Shown piece by piece: positions 6,396 through 15,136 of a stretch of DNA of 64,000 bases. A program made the position numbers and the translations under genes. Source of the DNA: an uncultured virus (IMG/VR IMGVR_UViG_3300021197_001811) (taxonomy: Duplodnaviria; Heunggongvirae; Uroviricota; Caudoviricetes); IMG/VR virus record IMGVR_UViG_3300021197_001811; one strand, 5' to 3'. The first letter of the stretch is position 1. Each line of letters opens with the position of its first letter. The notes beneath the pieces were generated by a model that was given only the letters and a program-made list of their open reading frames with translations, was not told the origin of the DNA and searched no databases.

Positions 6396-7643
6396 TCAAT
6401 CTATTACAATAACTTTCTCTTTAGTCGTAAAGTGGTTATTGGCGTATCTCTCTGTAGTCATCCACATGCGCTGACACTTGCTTTTCTTTGGTTTGGGCGC
6501 ACACATATCAGTTAAGATGATGTGTCCGTCAAACTTACGGTCATTGACATATCTGGTAGGAGCATCGAAACACGTCCCACCACACATAACACGTTCCCAC
6601 TTCTTTGATTCGCCCTTCTTCCAAGCGTAGACGAGAGACTCATCGACTCTAGTGTCGAACGGGATCACGGTGAACTCTGCGATATCTGCCAACTTTGTCA
6701 GCTCAGCGAAGAACTTAGAGAGCATGTCATTGTCTACAGACCCCGACTGGTCAATACTAATCGCAATCTTAGCCACGCGGTTAGTCTTACGACCTGCATG
6801 CACATACGGATAGCGTCGATTGATTCTCTTCATGCTCGACTGCTTGTCAGCGCGCTGAGATGTCTTTACAAAATAGCGCAGGACCTTTTTCCAGTCTACC
6901 TTTGTCTTTAGAACCTTCATGATTTTCTCTCTGCACTTTTGTGGTACAGTTCCCCAACCAGAGGTCTTCGATGCCTCTTCGGCAGACTTCCGAATGATGT
7001 CCTTCAGTCTCTCTTTCGCCATGTCTTTAACATCCTGCGCGCAGTTGCCCCACCCTTCGTGATCATCTAGGGTGTCAGGAATGCCTCCAGGAGGCCCAGA
7101 ATCGCCTTCTGACGGGTCCTTGGGGCCTTGTCCAGACCCTCCTTCACCTTCGCAATCTCCGGGGCTCTTAGCGCCGCCCTGTGGGCTTTTGTCATTCTGT
7201 CCAAAGTCTGGCATATTAGCCATGTACCACTCTGCAGACTTGCCCCTCGGAAGGTCTTCAAATGGCTCCACGCCTGGAATGCATCCGCCTTTTGGTAGAT
7301 TATAAAGATGAGAGTTTATCGACAAGTCCGTCGCAACATTCCACAACTTACGATTGACACCTTCGGGCATGCGGTCTGTGACGTGAAGAAAGACGATGTG
7401 ATAGAACTCATGCTTGAGAACATCGCGGCGCTCTTCATCAGTCAGGCCCGCAAAGAAGGCTGGGTTGTATAACATCTCGAACTGCGCAGAATTTGGGTTA
7501 ACAAGCACCCCGGCAGTGGGGATCGCGTAACTTGCTCGCTTGTCAATCCGGCGAGAGACCGCTGCGAAGAACGGTTCATCCATAAGGAGACGAGCGGTGT
7601 GCATGTTGAGATCAAATTCACTTGGCTGAGCTTCTGTAGTCAT
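6396..7643 (-). CDS. HExxH metallopeptidase plus vWA-like protein (DUF2201-type)
   Basis: HEFYH, WNVATDLSIN, Gly/Pro linker, MIDAS-like DQSGS, GGT.F, ILTD. Confidence 0.85.
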   Translation of the reverse strand: MTTEAQPSEFDLNMHTARLLMDEPFFAAVSRRIDKRASYAIPTAGVLVNPNSAQFEMLYNPAFFAGLTDEERRDVLKHEFYHIVFLHVTDRMPEGVNRKLWNVATDLSINSHLYNLPKGGCIPGVEPFEDLPRGKSAEWYMANMPDFGQNDKSPQGGAKSPGDCEGEGGSGQGPKDPSEGDSGPPGGIPDTLDDHEGWGNCAQDVKDMAKERLKDIIRKSAEEASKTSGWGTVPQKCREKIMKVLKTKVDWKKVLRYFVKTSQRADKQSSMKRINRRYPYVHAGRKTNRVAKIAISIDQSGSVDNDMLSKFFAELTKLADIAEFTVIPFDTRVDESLVYAWKKGESKKWERVMCGGTCFDAPTRYVNDRKFDGHIILTDMCAPKPKKSKCQRMWMTTERYANNHFTTKEKVIVID

Positions 7644-7700
7644 GAAACCCTCCCATTGTTCTTTATTGTGTTATAACTATACCCTAAGGTCGCGGAGATG

Positions 7701-8768
7701 TCAAGACTTTTCTTGACTTTCTCCAGAAAGAATCTCAACTAGGTAGCTGCTGACTGATTTGTCATCAATCTCGGCTTGATGCAGGTTCACCGTGTTGTTT
7801 AGAGCACCTGCACCCAAGACCGACCACAGCTTCATTGCGACCTCAGAGGGTAGCATAATAAAGTATCGAGCCAGATTATCAATCTGAGCTTGCGGTAACT
7901 CTTCTTTGAATGATTCGACAGCCTCGAACTTATCTACCATCGCAGTGTGCTCGTTAATACCAAAGTCTGCGACCTTGGTGAAGTCACCCCTAATCAAGAT
8001 GTCCTCAACAGATACCTGTCGGTCGTAGTTGGCAATGAAATCGTTGAAAGCAACAGCAGCCTCAAAGCCGACGAACGCCGCAGTAAGATTGAACAACGTC
8101 GTTGACGCTTCCGTCAAAAGCTCGGCCTTTGTCAAGCAATCGTTCAGGCGCTCCCAAGAGCGGCGCGAAGGATAGACCTTGTTGGGCTCGAAGTCATCCG
8201 AGTGCTCAAGGTGCTGGCGGTTATGGTTGATGAAATCCCAAAGAGCACCATCAATACTGTTGTCGCTAGCCCACGTCAACCAATCCTCAACGGAAGGCTC
8301 AAGGTCGAACACCGTCCAGCGGTCCAGCTCAGCGGGGTCCATCTCACCAACTTGATATTGGTCTCCAGACTCTCCACCATTGACTGCAGCGAACACAAGA
8401 GTATCCTTGTGCAGATGATGGCCGTTTAACTTGCGGCTGTCGGTAAGCTCAAAGATACCCTGTCGAACCTCAAGGGTCGCACGGTCTACCTCATCCAGAA
8501 AGAGGACCACGGGATTATCACAAGCTTCCTTGAACCAGTCAGGTGGATTGAAGCTAGTAGAGTTCCCACTGACACTAGGAAGACCAACAAGGTCACCCTC
8601 AGTCATCTGAGACGCCCGTCGTTCAACGACCGGCATGCCTAACTTGGCGGCGTACTGATAAACGCCAGTAGATTTGCCAATGCCATGCCGACCCCTAAGG
8701 AGGACGGGCTTGCGAACCGCTGTTATGTATCCAACGATTTCCGAAAATGTCTTAAAGTCAACTGCCAT
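7701..8768 (-). CDS. MoxR-like AAA+ ATPase
   Basis: Walker A GRHGIGKS, Walker B LFLDEVDR, DPAELDRW, PSRRSW; promoter 8821-8849 upstream. Confidence 0.9.
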   Translation of the reverse strand: MAVDFKTFSEIVGYITAVRKPVLLRGRHGIGKSTGVYQYAAKLGMPVVERRASQMTEGDLVGLPSVSGNSTSFNPPDWFKEACDNPVVLFLDEVDRATLEVRQGIFELTDSRKLNGHHLHKDTLVFAAVNGGESGDQYQVGEMDPAELDRWTVFDLEPSVEDWLTWASDNSIDGALWDFINHNRQHLEHSDDFEPNKVYPSRRSWERLNDCLTKAELLTEASTTLFNLTAAFVGFEAAVAFNDFIANYDRQVSVEDILIRGDFTKVADFGINEHTAMVDKFEAVESFKEELPQAQIDNLARYFIMLPSEVAMKLWSVLGAGALNNTVNLHQAEIDDKSVSSYLVEILSGESQEKS

Positions 8769-8875
8769 GATTTGTCTCCTAAAGTAATTAGCAGTTAGGG
8801 TGCTCTTCCAACGTGTTTATAGTATCTCAATTATCTGATGAAAAGTCAAGAGGTTTTTTAAATAAAATGAAAAGC

Positions 8876-9436
8876 TTAATTGTTTTCAGCATTTAGGCGA
8901 ACAAGAGCATCAAAGCCCGCCTTCTTTACATCCGCGTTCTCGTTCTGGCTTAGCTGAATTGCTAGCTTTATAGAACAATTTGGATGCAATGCTAGGTTTC
9001 TCTGAAGGTTCTTTCGATAGTATCGACGCACGTTGTTATCGTCCCTGATTAGGAAGTCTTCATGTATCTGCTCTAAGACATCCGGTGGCGTTGAGCTTGG
9101 ATTGTCCCTATACCAATAGTTACGAACAAAAAAGTTTGATATCCTCCACTCGTCAACCTTGGTGCGTAATTGTGAATAAACGTCACGAATGGTGTCCTCA
9201 TCCTGAATATTGCCAGACCCAACCAATAGGCCTTTGATTATCTTAGAGCGTCCCTGTAAGAGGATGTCTGTCGCTTCCTTACACAGCCTTCCGTTTGCTG
9301 CTAAGTAATAGCGGGCCTGAGTGTGAGAGTGCTTAGCAAGCCAAACCTGAATATCGTCATCACAATACACATTCTTAGCGAGGTTGTTCCACTCGGTTCG
9401 GGTCATCTTATGAAGGTTGTCTCGAAGGCGACTCAT
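8876..9436 (-). CDS. leucine-rich-repeat-variant (LRV)/HEAT-like protein
   Basis: LAxN/LAxHPN helical repeats, TPPDVL. Confidence 0.5.
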   Translation of the reverse strand: MSRLRDNLHKMTRTEWNNLAKNVYCDDDIQVWLAKHSHTQARYYLAANGRLCKEATDILLQGRSKIIKGLLVGSGNIQDEDTIRDVYSQLRTKVDEWRISNFFVRNYWYRDNPSSTPPDVLEQIHEDFLIRDDNNVRRYYRKNLQRNLALHPNCSIKLAIQLSQNENADVKKAGFDALVRLNAENN

Positions 9437-9440
9437 CTAC

Positions 9441-9602
9441 TCACTTCTCCTCTAGGTTCTCTATCTTTCGTCTCACGTCTTTCAAGACTTGGATAATCTT
9501 ACTCTGATGAAAACCCCAAGTCGGAATTGGCAAGGTCCGCACTTTTTCAACTTCTTCGTTAAGGATAGCAAAGACCTCTCTCTTTGTCAAGAGCTTATTC
9601 AT
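9441..9602 (-). CDS. small hypothetical protein, paralog of 9595..9789
   Basis: hand translation MNKLLTKREVFAILNEEV...KIENLEEK. Confidence 0.55.
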   Translation of the reverse strand: MNKLLTKREVFAILNEEVEKVRTLPIPTWGFHQSKIIQVLKDVRRKIENLEEK

Positions 9603-9789
9603 CCTCAATCTTCCCTACCTTGAATCTTATACTCTCAAGAATTCTCTTGACATCAGGATTCAACTGGAATATCTTCATCTCTAGGTCGATAATATCAAGA
9701 ACCTTTTGCTTTGTCAAGACTTTATTTGTCTTTTTTCTAAGCTTCCTCTTTGTTTCTTCTGGTAGGTCAAACGGGTCTTGTTTATTCAA
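9595..9789 (-). CDS. hypothetical protein
   Basis: AAGGAG SD, 4-nt overlap with upstream gene. Confidence 0.6.
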   Translation of the reverse strand: MNKQDPFDLPEETKRKLRKKTNKVLTKQKVLDIIDLEMKIFQLNPDVKRILESIRFKVGKIEDE

Positions 9790-10646
9790 TTTGTCTTCTC
9801 CTTTTCTGATTTTTCATATACACCATTCCAAAGTTCACTATGCTTGAGTACTCTGGCCTTCTCCCATGAGCGGGCTGAGTGCTTGATTGAGAAGCGATAC
9901 GAGCGCATAACATCGTCTGTGAGTTCTTCCGCGTAATAACTGCTTGGGACGTTGACCCAAGCAGCTGGCGATAGTATCTCGGCGGTCCAACGGGTGCGGC
10001 GCTCTGGGTTTAGTTGGGCTTTACGGTTCAGCTCCTCCATGTATGCTGGGAACGCTGCAGGTAAGGCTCCCGCGAATCTCGACAGGTGAACCCCGATGGT
10101 ATCGCCGGGAGTATTAGGCTTCCAACCATTGCGATGGTGCTGATATTCGCCATCGATGACCTTAATCAATCGCATCTCTGCAATGATATTTTCGTTGTGG
10201 GTCGTCTGGTTAAAGCGAAGAGAAGTTGATCCGTATTTGTGACTGACAACTCCCCACTTCACCTTAGTTATCATTCCAATGTAATACGAATCGCACGCCC
10301 AGGTGTCCGATACCGGTATCTTGATAAGAGCGCCGATTCCGAATCCGCATCTCTTGGTAATATCCGCGAACTCTTGTCGATACTCGGTGAACCTCTTTTG
10401 AACCGCGATTCTATCGGCCTTCAGGGTGGTGCATCCACGGCGATTGTGGCCCACTATATGACAGTAAGAGCAAGATCGCTGCGATAACTTGCGCTTTTGT
10501 GAGGCTCGGCGATGCAAGATAGACTTTGCTGCTTCGCTCTCTGGATACTTTTCCAAATACCTGGCCTCCGCTTCTACGCGATCAGGGCATGTACGACGAT
10601 TGTGGTCTGGCTTGCCACAATATCCACAGTAATGAGTCCTCATCAT
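9786..10646 (-). CDS. double zinc-knuckle (CCHC) protein
   Basis: CGYCGKPDHNRRTC and CSYCHIVGHNRRGC. Confidence 0.75.
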   Translation of the reverse strand: MMRTHYCGYCGKPDHNRRTCPDRVEAEARYLEKYPESEAAKSILHRRASQKRKLSQRSCSYCHIVGHNRRGCTTLKADRIAVQKRFTEYRQEFADITKRCGFGIGALIKIPVSDTWACDSYYIGMITKVKWGVVSHKYGSTSLRFNQTTHNENIIAEMRLIKVIDGEYQHHRNGWKPNTPGDTIGVHLSRFAGALPAAFPAYMEELNRKAQLNPERRTRWTAEILSPAAWVNVPSSYYAEELTDDVMRSYRFSIKHSARSWEKARVLKHSELWNGVYEKSEKEKTN

Positions 10647-10658
10647 CTTGAGTATCCC

Positions 10659-10892
10659 CTAGTCTCTGATTTTAGATACGTGCTTGAGCCACTTTGCTCG
10701 GACCCAAGCTGGTGGAGCGGTCTCTTCTCCGATAAACTTGACCTTACATTTGTATTCGTCAACGTGCCAATGGGACCGGATGTCCAAAGCACGATTGTTT
10801 ATGATTCTGGTTTCAAGTACAATACCCCGCTTAGCAGCATCGGTAGGGTACGAAACCTCGATCAAGTCTCCAATGTCGAATTTCTGTCTCAT
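10659..10892 (-). CDS. SH3/KOW-like microprotein (FDIGDLI)
   Basis: family motif; near-leaderless after promoter 10900-10927. Confidence 0.7.
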   Translation of the reverse strand: MRQKFDIGDLIEVSYPTDAAKRGIVLETRIINNRALDIRSHWHVDEYKCKVKFIGEETAPPAWVRAKWLKHVSKIRD

Positions 10893-10895
10893 CTT

Positions 10896-11189
10896 TTATA
10901 TAATATCATTTTTTGCGGGAAAGTCAAGTACTTTTTTATCTTTTCCCAATAAACGCTTGACCCACTTGTCTCTCATCATAATCTGCGCGGGATGGGTTTC
11001 AGGCGGGGCTGACAATAAAACCCTGTAGTCTGTCTCATTCTGCGTTTCGTAGTCTTTGGGCTCTGTGTTTGCTGGTGCTTCTGTCCAGGACCAGTCTATT
11101 ACTTCCAAGACCATACCGACGCAGAGATGCGTCGGAGAGCCAGGACAGTCGATATAGACGAGGTCACCCTCTTGTGGCTTTTTTCGCAT
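10896..11189 (-). CDS. SH3/KOW-like protein (PQEGDLV)
   Basis: ATG 11189 after GGAG. Confidence 0.65.
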   Translation of the reverse strand: MRKKPQEGDLVYIDCPGSPTHLCVGMVLEVIDWSWTEAPANTEPKDYETQNETDYRVLLSAPPETHPAQIMMRDKWVKRLLGKDKKVLDFPAKNDII

Positions 11190-11367
11190 ACACGATATCT
11201 CTCCTGTCCACGTTGACTGCCCTCTTACCATCTGAACACCACCTGATCGTAAACATAGAATCCCACCTAACCTTTAAAACCAGGGCGAGATCGTTGTCGC
11301 GACCTGAATAATAGTTCTTGAGCTTCTTTCCATATGCGGAGAGCTGCACCAAATCACCTACTTTCAT
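11164..11367 (-). CDS. SH3/KOW-like microprotein (MKVGDLVQLSAYG)
   Basis: family motif; close paralog of 11354..11596. Confidence 0.75.
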   Translation of the reverse strand: MKVGDLVQLSAYGKKLKNYYSGRDNDLALVLKVRWDSMFTIRWCSDGKRAVNVDRRDIVYAKKATRG

Positions 11368-11596
11368 AGTGCACCTTCTTTAGGTCTTTTCTGTACAGCT
11401 TCTTCTCATGTCCCCAGTTTATCCAACCGCTGCGTTTCCATCCAAAGTGACTCTTGGCCCACTGGACCTCGAAATACTCCGTCTGAAAATGGCTATGAAC
11501 TTTCATAACAATTCCTATGTCATTTGGGCGAATCCAACCTGTACGGGACAGGTCGCGGCCATAGCTAGATAACATAACTAAGTCACCGACTTTCAC
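11354..11596 (-). CDS. SH3/KOW-like microprotein (MKVGDLVMLSSYG)
   Basis: GTG with GAGGT SD. Confidence 0.75.
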   Translation of the reverse strand: MKVGDLVMLSSYGRDLSRTGWIRPNDIGIVMKVHSHFQTEYFEVQWAKSHFGWKRSGWINWGHEKKLYRKDLKKVHYESR

Positions 11597-11750
11597 TTAC
11601 TACCTCATAATCACTCAATGGAAAAAAACGATGGTCGTCCCAAACCTGAAATGCAACGTCATCGGTCCATCTCACAAGGTAAGCCCTGTTCCAATAAGGA
11701 GTGTGAACGACCTTATGTAACTTGTGTCTCACCAAGTCACCGACTTTCAC
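11583..11750 (-). CDS. SH3/KOW-like microprotein (MKVGDLVRH...EVVSESR)
   Basis: GTG 11750 with GAGGT SD. Confidence 0.75.
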   Translation of the reverse strand: MKVGDLVRHKLHKVVHTPYWNRAYLVRWTDDVAFQVWDDHRFFPLSDYEVVSESR

Positions 11751-11895
11751 TGACAACCTCACATCCATGGGTCACAAACCACTTGACCTGTCCATCGTGC
11801 AGAACCCTCATCATACTAGCCTGTAGGTCTATCCAAAGGACGACGGCTGGATGGTTCCAACTCCCCGTGTATGAAACTAAATCACCGACTTTCAC
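11737..11895 (-). CDS. SH3/KOW-like microprotein, 52 aa (absent from ORF track)
   Basis: hand translation MKVGDLVSYTGSWNHPAVVLWIDLQASMMRVLHDGQVKWFVTHGCEVVSESR. Confidence 0.75.
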   Translation of the reverse strand: MKVGDLVSYTGSWNHPAVVLWIDLQASMMRVLHDGQVKWFVTHGCEVVSESR

Positions 11896-12088
11896 AGATT
11901 AACTCCAAAGTATCTTCCGGTACCCATACAGATGTACCGCAGTTGCAAAATATCTTGATAAGAGACGTCTCGTCTTCAGTGTCCTGATACGCGCTGCGAC
12001 CACCTATGACCAAGCTGGCGTTACACCGCCGATGGCCAGGTTGGCCGGCGCAAGTCAAGAGAGGGCGAACTAAATCACCGTGCTTCAC
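11882..12088 (-). CDS. SH3/KOW-like microprotein (MKHGDLV...LELICESR)
   Basis: family motif. Confidence 0.7.
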   Translation of the reverse strand: MKHGDLVRPLLTCAGQPGHRRCNASLVIGGRSAYQDTEDETSLIKIFCNCGTSVWVPEDTLELICESR

Positions 12089-12147
12089 TTCAGGTCTCCA
12101 ACTTCTAGCGATGGCATTGTTTTCTCTCTCTTGTTTATCTTGATTTA

Positions 12148-12176
12148 ATATTAGCAGGTGCTTTTTGAAATGTCAA
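12148..12176 (-). promoter_or_regulatory. sigma70-type promoter TTGACA-N17-TAATAT (TGn extended) heading the microgene array
   Basis: read directly. Confidence 0.75.
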
Positions 12177-12184
12177 GTATTTTT

Positions 12185-12367
12185 TTAGACGTGATCGATA
12201 AAGTTATCGCGTGGGCGAAAAAGCTGCTTAACGCGGACGAGTGCGCGTTGAGGTAGGGTCATCGTTCGATATACATCATAGCACGCTGTTGTCATTAGCA
12301 TGTCTGTCGGGCTGATTGTGCGACTAACCTCATCTCTGGGTTGCAGGTGAACTTCTGTGTTCTTCAT
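12185..12367 (-). CDS. hypothetical protein
   Basis: AAGGAG SD; promoter TTTACT-N17-TATACT at 12397-12425. Confidence 0.6.
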   Translation of the reverse strand: MKNTEVHLQPRDEVSRTISPTDMLMTTACYDVYRTMTLPQRALVRVKQLFRPRDNFIDHV

Positions 12368-12464
12368 TTGACTAATCTCCTTTCTTTGTGAGTCACAGTA
12401 TATACTCTTTTAAATTAGAAGTAAAGGAGAAAATGACACTTGTCACAAAAAAGTAAGACGCTCG

Positions 12465-12719
12465 TTACTCTCTAACTATTCTGTCTTTCAAGCTCCCGCA
12501 ACGAATCTCAATCTTGCCCTCATCTAGGTATCTGTAGACGGTGCTTTCGTCTATACAGTAAGTTCCTATCTGTGTCTTCCAGCTTCCAAGATTTGGAGAC
12601 CTCAAGACATAATGCCAAGAGGCATGACCGTTTGGGGCCACGACTCTCTTTATTAGAATTCCTATAGCTTGCTGCCCCGTACGACGGATTAAATCGCCAG
12701 GCTCTAGAGTGTAGTTCAT
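12465..12719 (-). CDS. SH3-like protein (LEPGDLI)
   Basis: family motif, ATGA coupling. Confidence 0.6.
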   Translation of the reverse strand: MNYTLEPGDLIRRTGQQAIGILIKRVVAPNGHASWHYVLRSPNLGSWKTQIGTYCIDESTVYRYLDEGKIEIRCGSLKDRIVRE

Positions 12720-13345
12720 TGCTTGCGTGGCTTCTTTAAGTCTGATTCGTGTACATAATACGTTCGATTTCCACCAACTGGTAGGATTTTGTAGATTTTC
12801 GCACCCTTAGCTGAGCGTCTAATGGGGAGTGCGTTCACCTCTATCACTAGAGCGTAAGCGTCGTTGAGGCGAGTCCAGCCACCGTTGGCGCTGCGCAAGT
12901 TCTTATTGATTGTGTTCGCGGCGCGAATCTGAACTAGATTGTTAACTTTGAACCGAGGCTCTTTGTAGTGTTCCTCTAGAACCCTTAAAGCATACTTGTT
13001 CTTACACAACTTGTTGTACTCCCTCTTTGTCGGGGCATAGTCTGTCTCCAGTATCTTGAAAGTAAGGGGTCGGTAGTATTCCGTAAACTCATAATACCTA
13101 CACACCACAATTGTACGCTCTCGAAGCTGGGCATCTGATTCCCACAGCTTTCGGAACTCTTCGTTTTCTTGGCGGATTTCTGGTGTGTTCTGCTCTTCTA
13201 TTCTTTCGAGGACAGACACCTGGTTGAAGCTCAATTCTCTTTCGTATTGGGAGACCTGTGAGAGAGTGCTCTTTAGAAAGCTCTTTTCCCACTCGCTAGC
13301 CATTAGATTTTCATCTTCTAACAAACTTGTGATTCGCTTAAGCAT
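12716..13345 (-). CDS. hypothetical phage protein with C-terminal SH3-like domain
   Basis: SEWEKSF...LS..Q N-terminal helical motif; RFKVNNLVQI...VHESDLKK C-terminus; promoter 13376-13404. Confidence 0.65.
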   Translation of the reverse strand: MLKRITSLLEDENLMASEWEKSFLKSTLSQVSQYERELSFNQVSVLERIEEQNTPEIRQENEEFRKLWESDAQLRERTIVVCRYYEFTEYYRPLTFKILETDYAPTKREYNKLCKNKYALRVLEEHYKEPRFKVNNLVQIRAANTINKNLRSANGGWTRLNDAYALVIEVNALPIRRSAKGAKIYKILPVGGNRTYYVHESDLKKPRKQ

Positions 13346-13400
13346 TGGATATCTCCGGATTCGTTCATTTTTTATATCTTATAACAAATCCGGGTGAATG

Positions 13401-13604
13401 TCAAGAGCTTTCTTCTTGGCAGGATGTTTTCTCTATGCAGTACTCTGTGTAGTTGTGATAACAATCTTCGCCGCCGCTTGCGTTAGGCTCACAATAGCGC
13501 TCCTCGTCAACGCTACACTCCACTGTTTCTCTGCAGCTCGGGTTGCCTCTCTCAACTGGACAACCTTGTAACAGTGCGCAGGCTAACAACATTATATATT
13601 TCAA
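13401..13604 (-). CDS. Cys-rich small lipoprotein
   Basis: signal plus lipobox LQGC, 6 further Cys. Confidence 0.65.
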   Translation of the reverse strand: MKYIMLLACALLQGCPVERGNPSCRETVECSVDEERYCEPNASGGEDCYHNYTEYCIEKTSCQEESS

Positions 13605-13606
13605 TC

Positions 13607-14059
13607 TTAATCCTTGTCGTAATCGTCGAAATCAGGGTAGTCAAGCATATCGAAACCCAAGTCATAATCATTGTGATTGTCCTTGTATTCCTTGATAAAC
13701 TTACTGAGCTTGGATGCTCCTTCTGGTTTCTTTATCTTCTTTATCTTCTTTACGGGCTTTGGTTTGTGAGCAGTGTCATGATTATCAATCGCACTAGCAG
13801 CGAGGACGATCATTCCAGTAGGGTCGCCGCCCAAATAGACCCTCAGTTTCGATCCATCGCTGAGTGTCAGGACCGGGTCTGAAAATTTCACCTTCTCGTG
13901 TTCTACAAACTCTTTGGCAGTATGAGGGTGCATCGACGGCCTAAGCCTTTGAGCTGCGGTACTCACTCTTGGGATAGGAAACAGCCCGTCTTTGTCAGCG
14001 CCAATTCTCACCCTCTCGTTCGCATATAAGAACGATATAGAAACTATAGACTTAGCCAT
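13607..14059 (-). CDS. hypothetical protein
   Basis: GGAGGG SD. Confidence 0.65.
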   Translation of the reverse strand: MAKSIVSISFLYANERVRIGADKDGLFPIPRVSTAAQRLRPSMHPHTAKEFVEHEKVKFSDPVLTLSDGSKLRVYLGGDPTGMIVLAASAIDNHDTAHKPKPVKKIKKIKKPEGASKLSKFIKEYKDNHNDYDLGFDMLDYPDFDDYDKD

Positions 14060-14075
14060 TTAATAACCCTCCGTC

Positions 14076-14330
14076 CTAAGGTGTCAAACAAGTAATCTTC
14101 AAAGGGATCACTCGCCCTATAAACTCCTTGTGTATCGCTGGAATGTGGTCGGGTTCAACCCGCTCGACGAAGTCATCGTCGAATTCAGCCCACTCTTCAA
14201 GCTCAAGGAAGTAAACCATATGCTTACCTGTGGTAGCATCTGTCTTTAAATAGACGCTAATAAAACTATTGACGTTTACACCGAACAAATCGTAGTCCTG
14301 CTTGATTTGAAGCGCTTCACCTCTAGTCAT
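14076..14330 (-). CDS. hypothetical protein
   Basis: co-oriented ORF. Confidence 0.6.
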   Translation of the reverse strand: MTRGEALQIKQDYDLFGVNVNSFISVYLKTDATTGKHMVYFLELEEWAEFDDDFVERVEPDHIPAIHKEFIGRVIPLKITCLTP

Positions 14331-14361
14331 AAGTCACCATGCCTCTGGATGTAAATAATCC

Positions 14362-14646
14362 TCAGTGTTTCTTGTTTTGGGTTTGTTCTTTGAATATGGT
14401 TTTTCTATTTTTCCTAATCTCTTCCGCCACAGCCTGGCAAACAGCCAACCTGTCAGTTTCGTTGTCCAGGCATCTCGATTCATTCGCTTTGAACGCCTCC
14501 CTTAGGGTGATGAAGATTCTCTCGAAATCTGTAGTTGCACTCTCGAACTTCTTTGTATCTAAATTGTCCACAGTAAATCCCCGCAAATGTTGAGTTGCCG
14601 TCTCTAGTTCCCAAGAATATCCTTTCCCCACTCTAATCATTGTCAT
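14362..14646 (-). CDS. hypothetical protein
   Basis: co-oriented ORF; start uncertain (14646 or 14640). Confidence 0.55.
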   Translation of the reverse strand: MTMIRVGKGYSWELETATQHLRGFTVDNLDTKKFESATTDFERIFITLREAFKANESRCLDNETDRLAVCQAVAEEIRKNRKTIFKEQTQNKKH

Positions 14647-14839
14647 AATATGAATCCATGTCACTTGCTATTTGCATTAATGCGTCCGCTAAATCGAATG
14701 CTGAATCTGGCTCCAAGTCTAACCTCCTGTCACCAACTGACAAAGAGATCCCTCCATTGAACTGACCTACCTCGACCAACAATATTTCGCCCTCAAGGCT
14801 ATGAATATAAAACTTTTTAACGTCGTCAAGAATATTCAT
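14633..14839 (-). CDS. hypothetical protein
   Basis: co-oriented ORF. Confidence 0.6.
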   Translation of the reverse strand: MNILDDVKKFYIHSLEGEILLVEVGQFNGGISLSVGDRRLDLEPDSAFDLADALMQIASDMDSYYDND

Positions 14840-14871
14840 TTAGTCTTCTTTCTGACGTCTTGATAATATTA

Positions 14872-15105
14872 TCATACCTCATCTTCTTCGTCTTTGCAAG
14901 GGCTTTCTTCAATTTCTGAGAGTTTTAATAATTTCCAGTACTTGAAAGGAACTATCTTTCCTTCGTTCCAGCCTGAATCTAGTCTTACATTATACACTTC
15001 GTTCTCTTTGATGATTCCGACTATCTTTCCAACGATATTAGTGGGGCAACCAAACGGGTAGTCTCGTATGAATACAGTATCCCCTCGTTTATAGTCTTCT
15101 CCCAT
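14872..15105 (-). CDS. SH3-like microprotein (YKRGDTV)
   Basis: ATG 15105 just after promoter 15114-15142; VGKIVG, YNVRL. Confidence 0.65.
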   Translation of the reverse strand: MGEDYKRGDTVFIRDYPFGCPTNIVGKIVGIIKENEVYNVRLDSGWNEGKIVPFKYWKLLKLSEIEESPCKDEEDEV

Positions 15106-15136
15106 AATACTATATAATATCACGTTTGGATATTAT

